64,000 nt of DNA from Bacteroidales bacterium UBA6088 (GTDB lineage: Bacteria; Bacteroidota; Bacteroidia; Bacteroidales; UBA932). Both the position numbers and the translations under genes were made by a program. The stretch's first letter is position 1. Each line of letters begins with the position of its first letter. Below the pieces are notes generated by a model. The model ran no database searches, was not told the DNA's origin, and saw nothing but the letters and a program-made list of their open reading frames with translations. The stretch is taken from the NCBI GenBank assembly GCA_002428635.1, contig DIXE01000025.1, forward strand, positions 713-64,712. Direction: 5' to 3'. Positions 30,315-39,379 of this stretch are shown one piece after another.

Positions 30315-33056
30315 ATGAACCAGACCTTTACAATTATATCAGTTATATATCTGGTTACCACACTGATATCCCTTTTTGGTTCTTTTCTTGCCTGGCAGCG
30401 CAGAGATGTCAAAGGAGCTCTGGATATGGTGTACCTTATGATTGCATCTGCAGCAGGCTCTTTCTGGTTAATTTTTGAAAGTGCGGCAACTACAATACCT
30501 GATAAAATACTGTTTTCTAAACTGGAAATGACAGGCGGGATTTTTGTTCCGGTACTTTTTTTCATATTTGTCCTCCGCTTTACATCTATGGACAAATATT
30601 TGACGACAAAGAGCATACTGGGTTATGTCACTGTTCCTTCAATAACTCTGCTCTTTTTATTCACAAATGAATTGCACCATCTTTACTGGGCAGGGTTCTC
30701 TGATATCTCACAAAAGACAAACCTGATAGAATATTACCACGGTCCAATATTTTGGACAGGTTATGTACTATACAGCTACATACTCCTTTTTTTATCCACT
30801 GTATTTATTATCAAGTTCATAATTACTCACAAGCTTTCATTCAGAGGCCACGGGCTTGTCTTGCTCTCCGGAAGCATTTTACCCTGGTCAGCCAGTTTCT
30901 TTTATATAACAGGTAACAATTTTTTACCCGGACTCGACCTAGTTCCTATAGCCATGACTTTCAGCGGCTTGATTTTGATATACTCTGTTTTATATACACG
31001 TTTTCTAGATCTTATCCCGGTTGCAAGAGAGACTTTGGTAGAACTTATGCCTGGGGGAATTCTAGCTTTGGACAAGAAGAACAGAATTCAGGACATAAAT
31101 CAAAAAGCTATAAGCTATCTTGGAATCACAAATAAAAAACCCACAGGGATGCAACTGGTAATTTCTGATGGTCAGATTAATGCCCTTACAGAGGCTGTCC
31201 TGAGTGATAATATTTCTGAACAAGTGGAGATTACCCACGGAGATAAAACTGTAATTTTCTCAATTCACAAGGAGCCGTTAAAATCTCAACCCGGAAGCAG
31301 ACTGGTTCTTATCAGCGATATCACTGAACACATTATGCGCCAGAAACAGATTACAGCAGCACAGGAGAGCTACAAAAATATGTACTCAGTGTTCACCCTT
31401 ATGACTGATAATATGACTGACTTGCTTTGGGCCAAGGATATGGAGATGAATTATATTTTTGCTAACAGACCTTTCTGTGAAAAATTTCTGATGACCTCCT
31501 CCAAAAGCGAGCCCTTGGGAAAGACTCTCTCAGAAATGTCAATAATACAATCAGTTATTGATGATCAAAATTCCGGTTGGCCATCACTGGTAAACAGAGA
31601 CAAAAATACAGATCTGGAAGTTTTATGTACAGGCAAACCAACTGATTACAAGGATTCCTGGTTTGTAAACGGCAAGTTCATATATATTGATATCAGAAAA
31701 GCCCCCATATACGATGAAAAGGGTGAAATGATAGGACTTGTGGGCAGTGGGCACGATATTACCAGAGAGAAAAAAGCGGAATCTGAGATTTACAAGAGAG
31801 ATCTTTTGCTGGAATCTATTGCTAAGGCAACATCAATACTTATTCAGAGCGAAGAAGTTGAAGTAACCATTCAGAAGGTGATTGAACTTCTTGGAATTGC
31901 AACCAACTCCGGAAGTGTCAGATTATACCGCAATCACCCCGATCCTCTGGATGGCAAACCTCTGTTCAGTCTTGATTTCGAATGGTTAGACCAGTTGACT
32001 ACAACTAAAAGTGCAAAAGAGTTATTGCAAAATATCAGTTATTTCAATCATCTGCCAAGTTGGTACAACATTCTGAATTCGGGAGGATTTATTTCGGGTG
32101 ATATATCTGACTTTAGCGAAGAAGAACAAAATTCACTCAAAAAATTTGATATCAAATCCACTCTTGCTTCTCCGATTTTTGTTGAAAATTGCTTCTGGGG
32201 ATTCATAGTCTTCAGCCATTACATCACAGGAAAGAAGTGGTTGAGCTCCGAGGTGCAGATATTGTCAACAGCATCAAATACAATTGGATTTGCTATACAG
32301 AGAAGATTCAGAAGAGATGAATTAATAAAAGCAAAAGAGAGAGCAGAGGAGAGTGATCGTCTCAAATCGGCTTTTCTTGCAAATGTGAGTCACGAAATAA
32401 GAACTCCTATGAACGGAATCCTGGGCTTTACCGATTTTCTCAGAGAACCTAAATTATCTGTCGAGGACAAGGAGCAATACATTGGGATAATTGAAAAAAG
32501 TGGCAACCGGATGCTCAATATTATTAATGACATAATCAGCATTTCTACTTTGGAGGCAGGTTTCACCAAAATATATCCCGCTCTGGTCGACGTCAGTGAG
32601 CAGCTCGATTTCATACACAATTTTTTCCACCTTCAGACTCAGGAAAAGGGTATTGATTTTTCTGTAATAAACAATCTTGACAAAGACGAAACCACAATAA
32701 CAACAGATCGCGAAAAGCTCTATGCAATACTTACCAATCTCACCAGAAATGCCGTAAAATTCACAAAGAGCGGTTCAATTGAGATTGGGTGTTCCAGAAA
32801 AGGAGAAATTCTTGAATTTTATGTTCGCGACACCGGGATAGGGATACCCGAGGAAATGAGAGAAATTATTTTCGAGAGATTCAGACAAGGCAGCGATACA
32901 TACAACGCAGAATACGAAGGGACAGGTTTGGGCCTTTCAATTTCAAAAGCCTATACAGAAATGCTTGGTGGCAGAATATGGGTAGAAAGCGAACCGGGTA
33001 AAGGATCTACCTTCTACTTTACTATCTCTGATCTCAAATCAGAAAAAAGTAAATAA
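30315..33056 (+). CDS. Sensor histidine kinase (N-terminal 7TM, PAS/PAC, GAF, HisKA, HATPase)
   Basis: Seven hydrophobic helices, PAS (LLWAKD...FAN), PAC (APIYDEKGEMIGLVGSGHDIT), GAF, H-box FLANVSHEIRTPMNGI, N-box NAVKFT, G1 DTGIGI, G2 GTGLGL. No receiver domain. Confidence 0.92.
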   Translation: MNQTFTIISVIYLVTTLISLFGSFLAWQRRDVKGALDMVYLMIASAAGSFWLIFESAATTIPDKILFSKLEMTGGIFVPVLFFIFVLRFTSMDKYLTTKSILGYVTVPSITLLFLFTNELHHLYWAGFSDISQKTNLIEYYHGPIFWTGYVLYSYILLFLSTVFIIKFIITHKLSFRGHGLVLLSGSILPWSASFFYITGNNFLPGLDLVPIAMTFSGLILIYSVLYTRFLDLIPVARETLVELMPGGILALDKKNRIQDINQKAISYLGITNKKPTGMQLVISDGQINALTEAVLSDNISEQVEITHGDKTVIFSIHKEPLKSQPGSRLVLISDITEHIMRQKQITAAQESYKNMYSVFTLMTDNMTDLLWAKDMEMNYIFANRPFCEKFLMTSSKSEPLGKTLSEMSIIQSVIDDQNSGWPSLVNRDKNTDLEVLCTGKPTDYKDSWFVNGKFIYIDIRKAPIYDEKGEMIGLVGSGHDITREKKAESEIYKRDLLLESIAKATSILIQSEEVEVTIQKVIELLGIATNSGSVRLYRNHPDPLDGKPLFSLDFEWLDQLTTTKSAKELLQNISYFNHLPSWYNILNSGGFISGDISDFSEEEQNSLKKFDIKSTLASPIFVENCFWGFIVFSHYITGKKWLSSEVQILSTASNTIGFAIQRRFRRDELIKAKERAEESDRLKSAFLANVSHEIRTPMNGILGFTDFLREPKLSVEDKEQYIGIIEKSGNRMLNIINDIISISTLEAGFTKIYPALVDVSEQLDFIHNFFHLQTQEKGIDFSVINNLDKDETTITTDREKLYAILTNLTRNAVKFTKSGSIEIGCSRKGEILEFYVRDTGIGIPEEMREIIFERFRQGSDTYNAEYEGTGLGLSISKAYTEMLGGRIWVESEPGKGSTFYFTISDLKSEKSK

Positions 33057-33079
33057 AAAAGGCTCTTAATGAGCCTTTT
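33057..33079. terminator. Bidirectional intrinsic terminator
   Basis: AAAAGGCTC-TTAAT-GAGCCTTTT hairpin between the convergent kinase gene and tRNA-Arg/rplS. Confidence 0.7.
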
Positions 33080-33103
33080 AACTATTCGCAAAAACTATGT
33101 TTG

Positions 33104-33177
33104 TGACCCCGACAGGATTCAAACCTGTAACCGGCTGATCCGTAGTCAGCTACTCTATTCAGTTGAGCTACGGGGCC
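33104..33177 (-). tRNA. tRNA-Arg(ACG)
   Basis: Acceptor GGCCCCG/CGGGGTC, anticodon arm GCTGA-CTACGGA-TCAGC, T-arm ACAGG-TTTGAAT-CCTGT. Confidence 0.92.
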
Positions 33178-33189
33178 ATTTGAGGGGTT

Positions 33190-33564
33190 CTACTCCTCAA
33201 TATCCTTAACAATATTGTATTTCCTCTCTTTTATACGGGCTTTCTTGCCGGTCAGCTCCCTTATGTAGAAAATCCTTGCCCTGCGTACCTTGCCCCTTTT
33301 ATTAACCTCGATAGAATCAATAAAAGGTGAATCAGCGGGAAATATCCTCTCTACACCAACGCCGTTTGACATTTTCCTTACTGTAAAAGTAGCAGTGGTT
33401 CCTTTTCCCTTTCTCTGGATAACAACACCACGATACTTTTGAAGCCTCTCTTTAGTCTCCTCCTTGATCTTATAGGTTACGGTTATTGTGTCTCCGGCCT
33501 TAAAATCGGGTAAAACTTTTTTCTCCTGTGCAAATGACTGCTCTGCGATCTGAATTAAATCCAT
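33190..33564 (-). CDS. rplS: 50S ribosomal protein L19
   Basis: [39 protein letters not shown]. Start refined to MDLIQ (33564). Confidence 0.97.
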   Translation of the reverse strand: MDLIQIAEQSFAQEKKVLPDFKAGDTITVTYKIKEETKERLQKYRGVVIQRKGKGTTATFTVRKMSNGVGVERIFPADSPFIDSIEVNKRGKVRRARIFYIRELTGKKARIKERKYNIVKDIEE

Positions 33565-33702
33565 TATAATCAATTTATTAATGCAACATTACAGACTCTT
33601 GCGTTCGTATAAGCGGTTGCTAAAATTTTGGAGTGCAAATGTATGAATAATTTTTATTTAAGCAAAATTAATTGCCGAATTCCCTGATTAGAAAAACACT
33701 CT

Positions 33703-35412
33703 CTACCAGACAAACCCGATTTTCACCCTTGAAATATTATTTCTGTTATCGGCAACCGATACCTCAAGTTCGTGTGCTCCTCCCTTTTTAATTCTTAAAG
33801 GATTCAACTTCACAGTCAAAGAATTGCTTTTGGGATCGTGATTGTACAACACCCATTCCCCGTCAATCTTTACTTCAAGAGATTGTATCCCGGAAATATC
33901 ATCCTTAACAGTGAATTTCAAAGAATTTCTTCCCGACAAGTTCTCATTCCTTTTAAAATGTGGAACAACAACGGGAGGTATTGTATCAAGAGATATTGCA
34001 TACTTACCGAAAGAAGAGATTGATGTTTCAAAACGGCCTTCTCTCCACTCGCCTCCGCAGTACTGTAATCCACCTGACTCTTTTAGTCTTACGATAAATA
34101 ACTTTTCGGCAGGCAAATTGTTGCCGGGTAAAGAGAGTGATAATTTTGCCTGATTATGAAGTGGCACTTCCGGATTTCCCAGGCTCCAGACCTTGCCACC
34201 TGCTGCAGGGATAGTATCTGCGGAGAAAATAATAGACCTGTATAGTGAACCTGTTGGCAGAGTAAGCAGAATATCTCCCATCTGAAATCTGTTTGGGAGA
34301 TACCAGGGCATTATCTGTTGTTTGTCACTTAGCTGTGTAAGGTCAGAAACAGGCGGTTTAACGGTTGCTTTAACTTTAAAGGACCACTCTGTAATATTTC
34401 CTGATATGTCGCCCGCAACAATCCTTACAGTGTGTACTGTGTCTCCGGTAACAATAAAAATGCCGTCACCCCGCGATGCTATATTTTGTCTAAGACCGTT
34501 CCCCGGCTCAACATAACTTTTAACCATCGATATCCCGTACTTCTGCTTCTCACTGTATTCGACTATAGAATTAATGTACTTTCCCTTGTCAAAAGGAATT
34601 TTGTCAGGTGTAAAACTGAATACAAGGGTGTCATCCAGAAAAAAACTGTAGGTATGAATTGCCAGTTTTGCGTAAGTGCCTTCCATTTTGTCAATTGCAT
34701 CTACAGCAACATAAAAGGTGTCGGATACTGCAACGATTGACTTTGGTTCAGCGTTGTAAGAGGAGAGCAAAGTACTCTCAGGAAGATATTTGGCATTTTG
34801 CAGAGAGTAAATATTCACCCTTCTAATCTGAGGCGGTGTTTTGTCCGGAATGCTGTATTTTGCTGTGGTGACAGGATTAAGTGGGATCTGCCTTTGAGTC
34901 TCCCTTATTTCAAAATGGAGATGGGGCCCTCCGGAAGAGCCTGAATTTCCGGCATTGCCTATCAGCTCTCCTTTTTTAACAGGGAACTTAAGACTGTCAG
35001 GATATAGATTTACCTGAAAACTCCTTTTGCTGTACTGCATCTCTTCTACCCATTTTGCCACATTGGGGGTAAAATTCATCAGGTGACCGTACAAGGTTGT
35101 CGTTCCATTCGGATGGCAGATGTATAGTGCATGACCATAACCTACGGGTGAAACGGATATTCTGGAAATATAACCGTCCATTGCAGAATATACCGGAGCA
35201 CCGGAAACTCCTCCTACCCTCAGATCTATTCCCGAGTGGAAATGTGTAGATCTTAATTCACCATAATTTCCTGATAATGAAATGGGTAAATTCAGTGGCA
35301 ATCTGTATTTATCATCCTCGCCTACATTTGTAGAATAAGATTTGGGACTAAGCTGGATGCTTAAGTAAAAGAGCAGAACAATTTTAAAAATAAATGGATT
35401 TCCTTTGATCAT
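33703..35412 (-). CDS. M23 family metallopeptidase (long Bacteroidota form)
   Basis: Signal peptide, ISLSGNYGELRSTHFHSGIDL, YGHL, GNSGSSGGPHLHFEIR. Confidence 0.88.
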   Translation of the reverse strand: MIKGNPFIFKIVLLFYLSIQLSPKSYSTNVGEDDKYRLPLNLPISLSGNYGELRSTHFHSGIDLRVGGVSGAPVYSAMDGYISRISVSPVGYGHALYICHPNGTTTLYGHLMNFTPNVAKWVEEMQYSKRSFQVNLYPDSLKFPVKKGELIGNAGNSGSSGGPHLHFEIRETQRQIPLNPVTTAKYSIPDKTPPQIRRVNIYSLQNAKYLPESTLLSSYNAEPKSIVAVSDTFYVAVDAIDKMEGTYAKLAIHTYSFFLDDTLVFSFTPDKIPFDKGKYINSIVEYSEKQKYGISMVKSYVEPGNGLRQNIASRGDGIFIVTGDTVHTVRIVAGDISGNITEWSFKVKATVKPPVSDLTQLSDKQQIMPWYLPNRFQMGDILLTLPTGSLYRSIIFSADTIPAAGGKVWSLGNPEVPLHNQAKLSLSLPGNNLPAEKLFIVRLKESGGLQYCGGEWREGRFETSISSFGKYAISLDTIPPVVVPHFKRNENLSGRNSLKFTVKDDISGIQSLEVKIDGEWVLYNHDPKSNSLTVKLNPLRIKKGGAHELEVSVADNRNNISRVKIGFVW

Positions 35413-35422
35413 ATCAGTCAGT

Positions 35423-36589
35423 CTATGAGAACATCTTCTTCATCCTGTCAAAGAAATTGCGGTCGTTTTTATCCGGGTTCGGTTTAAAGTTCTCGGACTG
35501 TCTGAGTCTCTCCAAAAGCTCTTTCTCCTGTCTGTCAATTTTTCCCGGAGTCCATATCTGAATATAAACCAAAAGGTCTCCTGTCCCGTAACCGTTTACG
35601 TCAGGAAGTCCTTTTGACCTTAATCTCAATATCTTTCCCGACTGAGTTCCGGGTTCTATCTTAATCCTCAGTTTGCCATCGACAGATGGTATCTCGGCAT
35701 CTGCGCCCAGAATTGCATCCGGAACAGAGATAAACAGAGAATATATAAGATCGTTTCCGTCACGCTGAAGTTCCTTGTGCTCCTCCTCCTCGATAACAAC
35801 CAGAAGATCGCCGTTAATACCCCCTCTTTTTGCCGCATTGCCCTTTCCCTGAACAGTAAGCTGCATACCCTGCCCTACTCCGGCTGGTATTGTGAATGTA
35901 ATCTCCTCTGTCTCTTTTATCAGTCCATCGCCTCCACACCTGCTACAAGGCTTTGTAATCCTTTTTCCCTCTCCCGAACAGGACGGACAAACAGAAGACG
36001 TCTGCATTGTTCCCAGTATGGTTTGTGTCACCCTGGAGACCTGTCCTGTTCCCCTGCAGGTATCACAGGTGCGTATATCACCCTCTGATCTGGCACCCTT
36101 ACCGTTGCACTCAGGGCACATTACCTGTTTGCTGATTTTCACCTTCTTCTCGGTCCCGTGAGCTATCTCCCTGAGATCAAGTTTTACACGAATCCTGATA
36201 TCTGAGCCCCGGTTAACCCTTCTTCCACCCCGGGACGATCCTCCAAAACCGCCGAAATTACCGAATGCACCACCAAAATGTCCTCCGAAAATATCGCCGA
36301 ACTGACTGAAAATATCCTCCATAGAGAAACCCTGTCCGCTGAATCCGCCGGCAGCAGAATTTCCAACGCCGGCGTGCCCGAACTGGTCATATTTGCTTTT
36401 TTTATCGCTGTTGCTGAGTATATCATATGCTTCTGCAGCCTCTTTGAATTTCTCTTCTGCCTCCTTGTCCCCCGGATTTTTATCCGGATGGTACTTAAGG
36501 GCCATCTTCCTGTAAGCCTTCTTAATCTCTTCTGCAGAGGCATTCTTTGCAACCCCAAGCACTTCGTAATAATCTCTTTTAGCCATCAT
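35423..36589 (-). CDS. dnaJ: Chaperone DnaJ
   Basis: J-domain with HPD, G/F-rich linker, four CxxCxGxG repeats. Confidence 0.98.
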   Translation of the reverse strand: MMAKRDYYEVLGVAKNASAEEIKKAYRKMALKYHPDKNPGDKEAEEKFKEAAEAYDILSNSDKKSKYDQFGHAGVGNSAAGGFSGQGFSMEDIFSQFGDIFGGHFGGAFGNFGGFGGSSRGGRRVNRGSDIRIRVKLDLREIAHGTEKKVKISKQVMCPECNGKGARSEGDIRTCDTCRGTGQVSRVTQTILGTMQTSSVCPSCSGEGKRITKPCSRCGGDGLIKETEEITFTIPAGVGQGMQLTVQGKGNAAKRGGINGDLLVVIEEEEHKELQRDGNDLIYSLFISVPDAILGADAEIPSVDGKLRIKIEPGTQSGKILRLRSKGLPDVNGYGTGDLLVYIQIWTPGKIDRQEKELLERLRQSENFKPNPDKNDRNFFDRMKKMFS

Positions 36590-36593
36590 TTTG

Positions 36594-37208
36594 CTATATA
36601 CCTACAATTACCTTTGCAAAACGGATTACTTTTCCCTTGAGCAGATAGCCGTTTTGAACAACATTGATGATTTTGTTGCGGCTCTTTTTGTCCGGAGCTG
36701 GATACTGAGCCACTGCTTCGTGAAAATCCGTGTCCAGTACGCCACCCAAAGCTTCCATCCTTTTAAGTCCCCTTGACTCTAAATAACTGTATAATTTATT
36801 GTATATTAGTTCTGTACCCTCAATGGCAGCTTTGTGATCCCCTTCAGAATTTCTCAAAACTTCAAGAGCTCTTTCACAATCATCTAAAACCGGAAGTATT
36901 CCTTTAATTGTATCCTCAGCAGCTGTAACAATGAGATCAAGCTTCTCTCTTGAGGTTCTGCGGCGATAATTATCAAACTCGGCAGCCAGTCTGATATATT
37001 TATCGTTCAAGAGATTGATCTTTTCGTTGAGATCTTCTGCTTCGGGGCACTTCTGTGCCTGATCACTCTCAGCCTGATCGTTAACATTTTGTCTGTCAGC
37101 GGAATCAGCTCCGGCATTCTCTTTGACTGTCTCATTGGTTACATCCTTCTGCACCGTCTCCTTAGACTCATTCTTATCGGAATGGCTCTCTTTTTTGTGA
37201 ACTTTCAT
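36594..37208 (-). CDS. grpE: Nucleotide exchange factor GrpE
   Basis: [42 protein letters not shown]. Confidence 0.97.
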   Translation of the reverse strand: MKVHKKESHSDKNESKETVQKDVTNETVKENAGADSADRQNVNDQAESDQAQKCPEAEDLNEKINLLNDKYIRLAAEFDNYRRRTSREKLDLIVTAAEDTIKGILPVLDDCERALEVLRNSEGDHKAAIEGTELIYNKLYSYLESRGLKRMEALGGVLDTDFHEAVAQYPAPDKKSRNKIINVVQNGYLLKGKVIRFAKVIVGI

Positions 37209-37253
37209 ATATTTATTTGTGTGTATTCAATTAAGTTGATGTAAGTGCTTCAA

Positions 37254-37293
37254 GCAAATAATCTGCCAAATGCTGCAACAGGACAAATTGGCA
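37254..37293 (-). promoter_or_regulatory. Sigma54-like -24/-12 element with upstream TGCCA-N3-TGTCM motif (grpE-dnaJ)
   Basis: Minus strand reads TGCCA-att-TGTCC-tgttgcagca-TTTGGCAGATTATTTGC. TGGCA-N6-TTGC has canonical GG-to-GC spacing. The same architecture lies upstream of dnaK. Confidence 0.55.
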
Positions 37294-37307
37294 CATCAGC
37301 AGCAGAT

Positions 37308-37985
37308 TCAGCCGTTAAGGCAAATATTCAAAAGCATCTGCCTGTTTACTATGCTTATATTCCTTCCTTCCATTACAATAATCCCGTCTCTTACAAATTC
37401 TGACAACACGCGACTGACACTTTCCCGGCTTGCATCCACAAGGTTTCCCATCTCCTCCTGATTGATCGACAGAGTAAATTTTTCTGAACGGTAAATCTCA
37501 TCGGCAAATTCCAGAAGAACTCCGGCAATCTTTCCCCTTATATGCCTCTGAGTACGGTTAACGCACTTCTGATAGGACTCCAGTTCGCTTTTGCAAAGCT
37601 CAAGAATTATCTGGTTGCTAAAGTCAGAGTTTAAATTCAGCAATTTCCGGAATGTAGTTATGTCTATGAAACAAACCTCAGAAGGCTCCACTGCAGTTAC
37701 AGAATACTGGTTTACTTTGTCGCCGAAAGTTGTTGGCAATCCAAGATAATTCCCCTGGCTTACAATTCTTACAACCTGTGTGTAGTAAGGTCCCTGAATA
37801 TGTATCTTGGCAAGACCTGTCCTCAGGTAGGCAACATTGGTAGAATAGGTTCCCTGCTTAATTATTGAGTCTCCCTTTTTGAATTTTACTGTTACGCAGT
37901 TTGCAGACAACTTTTCACTCTCTTTGGCTGTCAGTTTTTCTGCAGCTTTTGACTTCATTGTGCAGAAGTTACACTTGTTATCCAT
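37308..37985 (-). CDS. Crp/Fnr family transcriptional regulator with FNR-like cysteines
   Basis: cNMP-binding beta-roll, HTH QEEMGNLVDASRESVSRVLSEF, Cys5-x2-Cys8, Cys30 and internal SEVC105FID. Confidence 0.9.
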   Translation of the reverse strand: MDNKCNFCTMKSKAAEKLTAKESEKLSANCVTVKFKKGDSIIKQGTYSTNVAYLRTGLAKIHIQGPYYTQVVRIVSQGNYLGLPTTFGDKVNQYSVTAVEPSEVCFIDITTFRKLLNLNSDFSNQIILELCKSELESYQKCVNRTQRHIRGKIAGVLLEFADEIYRSEKFTLSINQEEMGNLVDASRESVSRVLSEFVRDGIIVMEGRNISIVNRQMLLNICLNG

Positions 37986-38021
37986 TTGTATCCGTCAAAA
38001 TTTTTGCAAATATAGAAATAA

Positions 38022-38037
38022 TGTGACCAATATCACA
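38022..38037. promoter_or_regulatory. CRP-type operator TGTGA-N6-TCACA
   Basis: Perfect TGTGAccaataTCACA in the divergent spacer between the Crp/Fnr gene and the dsrE-tusA-hdr operon. Confidence 0.75.
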
Positions 38038-38129
38038 ATTTTTATAGTTTAAAATCATAGCTCAATTTGCTTGCATTTATGCTTATAATTGCTTACTTTG
38101 CACATAAATAAAATTTAATACAAATTACT

Positions 38130-38696
38130 ATGCAAGAGGATTTACAGCAGAAGATTGACCAGTTAAGCAACGAGGTCGAAAATCTGCAAAAAAAGGTAAA
38201 AACTATTCAGAACAGCAGAAAAGACCAGCTATCCATTGCCTGTGTATCGGGAGATATGGACAAGATACTGGCCACAATGATTATTTCACTTGCAGCGGCT
38301 GCAATGGATACAAAAGTCAAGATATTTTTCTCATTCTGGGCTCTGTCTGCTCTGAGGGATCCAAAAAAGAATCCGAAAGGTAAAGACATCATCTCAAAAA
38401 TGTTCGGTTTTATGCTGCCAAAAAGTAAGAACAACCTTGGTCTGTCAAAGATGAATATGTGCGGAATGGGACCTGTGATGATAAAATATCTTATGAAAAA
38501 GCACAACGTTCTCTCTCTGGACGATATGTTTAAAACCGCAGGAGAACTTGGAATCGAAATAATTGTTTGTGAAATGTCTATGGGTCTTATGGGATTCAAA
38601 AAGGAGGAGATGATAGATTATCCTCACCTCACTTATGCAGGAGCTGCAACATTTGTAACCGATGCCGGAGAGAGTGCAGCACAACTATTTGTATAA
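38130..38696 (+). CDS. DsrE2-type (DsrE/DsrF/DrsH-like) sulfur-carrier protein
   Basis: SGDMDK..A.MII...AAAM, IFFSFWAL..LR, LSKMNM.GMG..M, conserved VCEMSM Cys, GAATF. Confidence 0.85.
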   Translation: MQEDLQQKIDQLSNEVENLQKKVKTIQNSRKDQLSIACVSGDMDKILATMIISLAAAAMDTKVKIFFSFWALSALRDPKKNPKGKDIISKMFGFMLPKSKNNLGLSKMNMCGMGPVMIKYLMKKHNVLSLDDMFKTAGELGIEIIVCEMSMGLMGFKKEEMIDYPHLTYAGAATFVTDAGESAAQLFV

Positions 38697-38725
38697 TTAT
38701 TATTAAACCAATAAAATTTAGAAAA

Positions 38726-38977
38726 ATGACACAGGATGAACTGAGAGCTCTGCAAGTAACAAAGAGCGTAGATGCAAGAGGAACAGCTTGCCCCGGACCC
38801 CTGCTCGAAGCAAAAAAGGCACTTGGCACTATTGAAGAGGGAGAAATTATGGAGATCCTCTCTGCCGATGAAGGCACCAAGGTGGATATCCCAAAGTGGT
38901 GTACCAAGCAGGGGCACGATTATCTGGGAACAGTAGAGGAGAACGGTTACTACAAAATTTACATGAGAAAGAATTAA
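38726..38977 (+). CDS. tusA: TusA-family sulfurtransferase
   Basis: VDARGTACPGPLL (CPxP), LSADEGTKVDIPKWC...GH. Confidence 0.9.
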   Translation: MTQDELRALQVTKSVDARGTACPGPLLEAKKALGTIEEGEIMEILSADEGTKVDIPKWCTKQGHDYLGTVEENGYYKIYMRKN

Positions 38978-38986
38978 ACAAGAGCA

Positions 38987-39370
38987 ATGTCAAAACAGGC
39001 AAAGATCCTTGTATTCTCAACCGAAAAAATTTCTGACCCTGCCATAGATATGGCGGGATTACTCAAGCTTCACTATTCTCCGCAGGTATATACAATTGCA
39101 CTCAGATGTTCCAGTTCGATAAAGCCAAGATGGATCATACACGCTTTTGAGAAGGGATTTGACGGAGTATTTATTGCTGCAGACGGCAGCGATTGTGCGT
39201 TTAGTGAGAGCTGTACAGAAAAAACCGGAAATATTGTTAGTCAGACTCATAAACTTATGCAGCAGAAAGATATTGACCCTGCCAGACTCAGAATGGCAGC
39301 AATATGTTCCGTCTGCAGCGAATCGTTTGTAAAACAGATCAAAAGTTTCAATGAGTATCTGTTAAAATAG
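38987..39370 (+). CDS. MvhD/FlpD-like hydrogenase iron-sulfur subunit (divergent)
   Basis: IALRCSSSIKP..I..AFEKGFDGVFI, IDPARLR...ICSVC..F. Confidence 0.8.
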   Translation: MSKQAKILVFSTEKISDPAIDMAGLLKLHYSPQVYTIALRCSSSIKPRWIIHAFEKGFDGVFIAADGSDCAFSESCTEKTGNIVSQTHKLMQQKDIDPARLRMAAICSVCSESFVKQIKSFNEYLLK

Positions 39371-39379
39371 AGAAGTACA

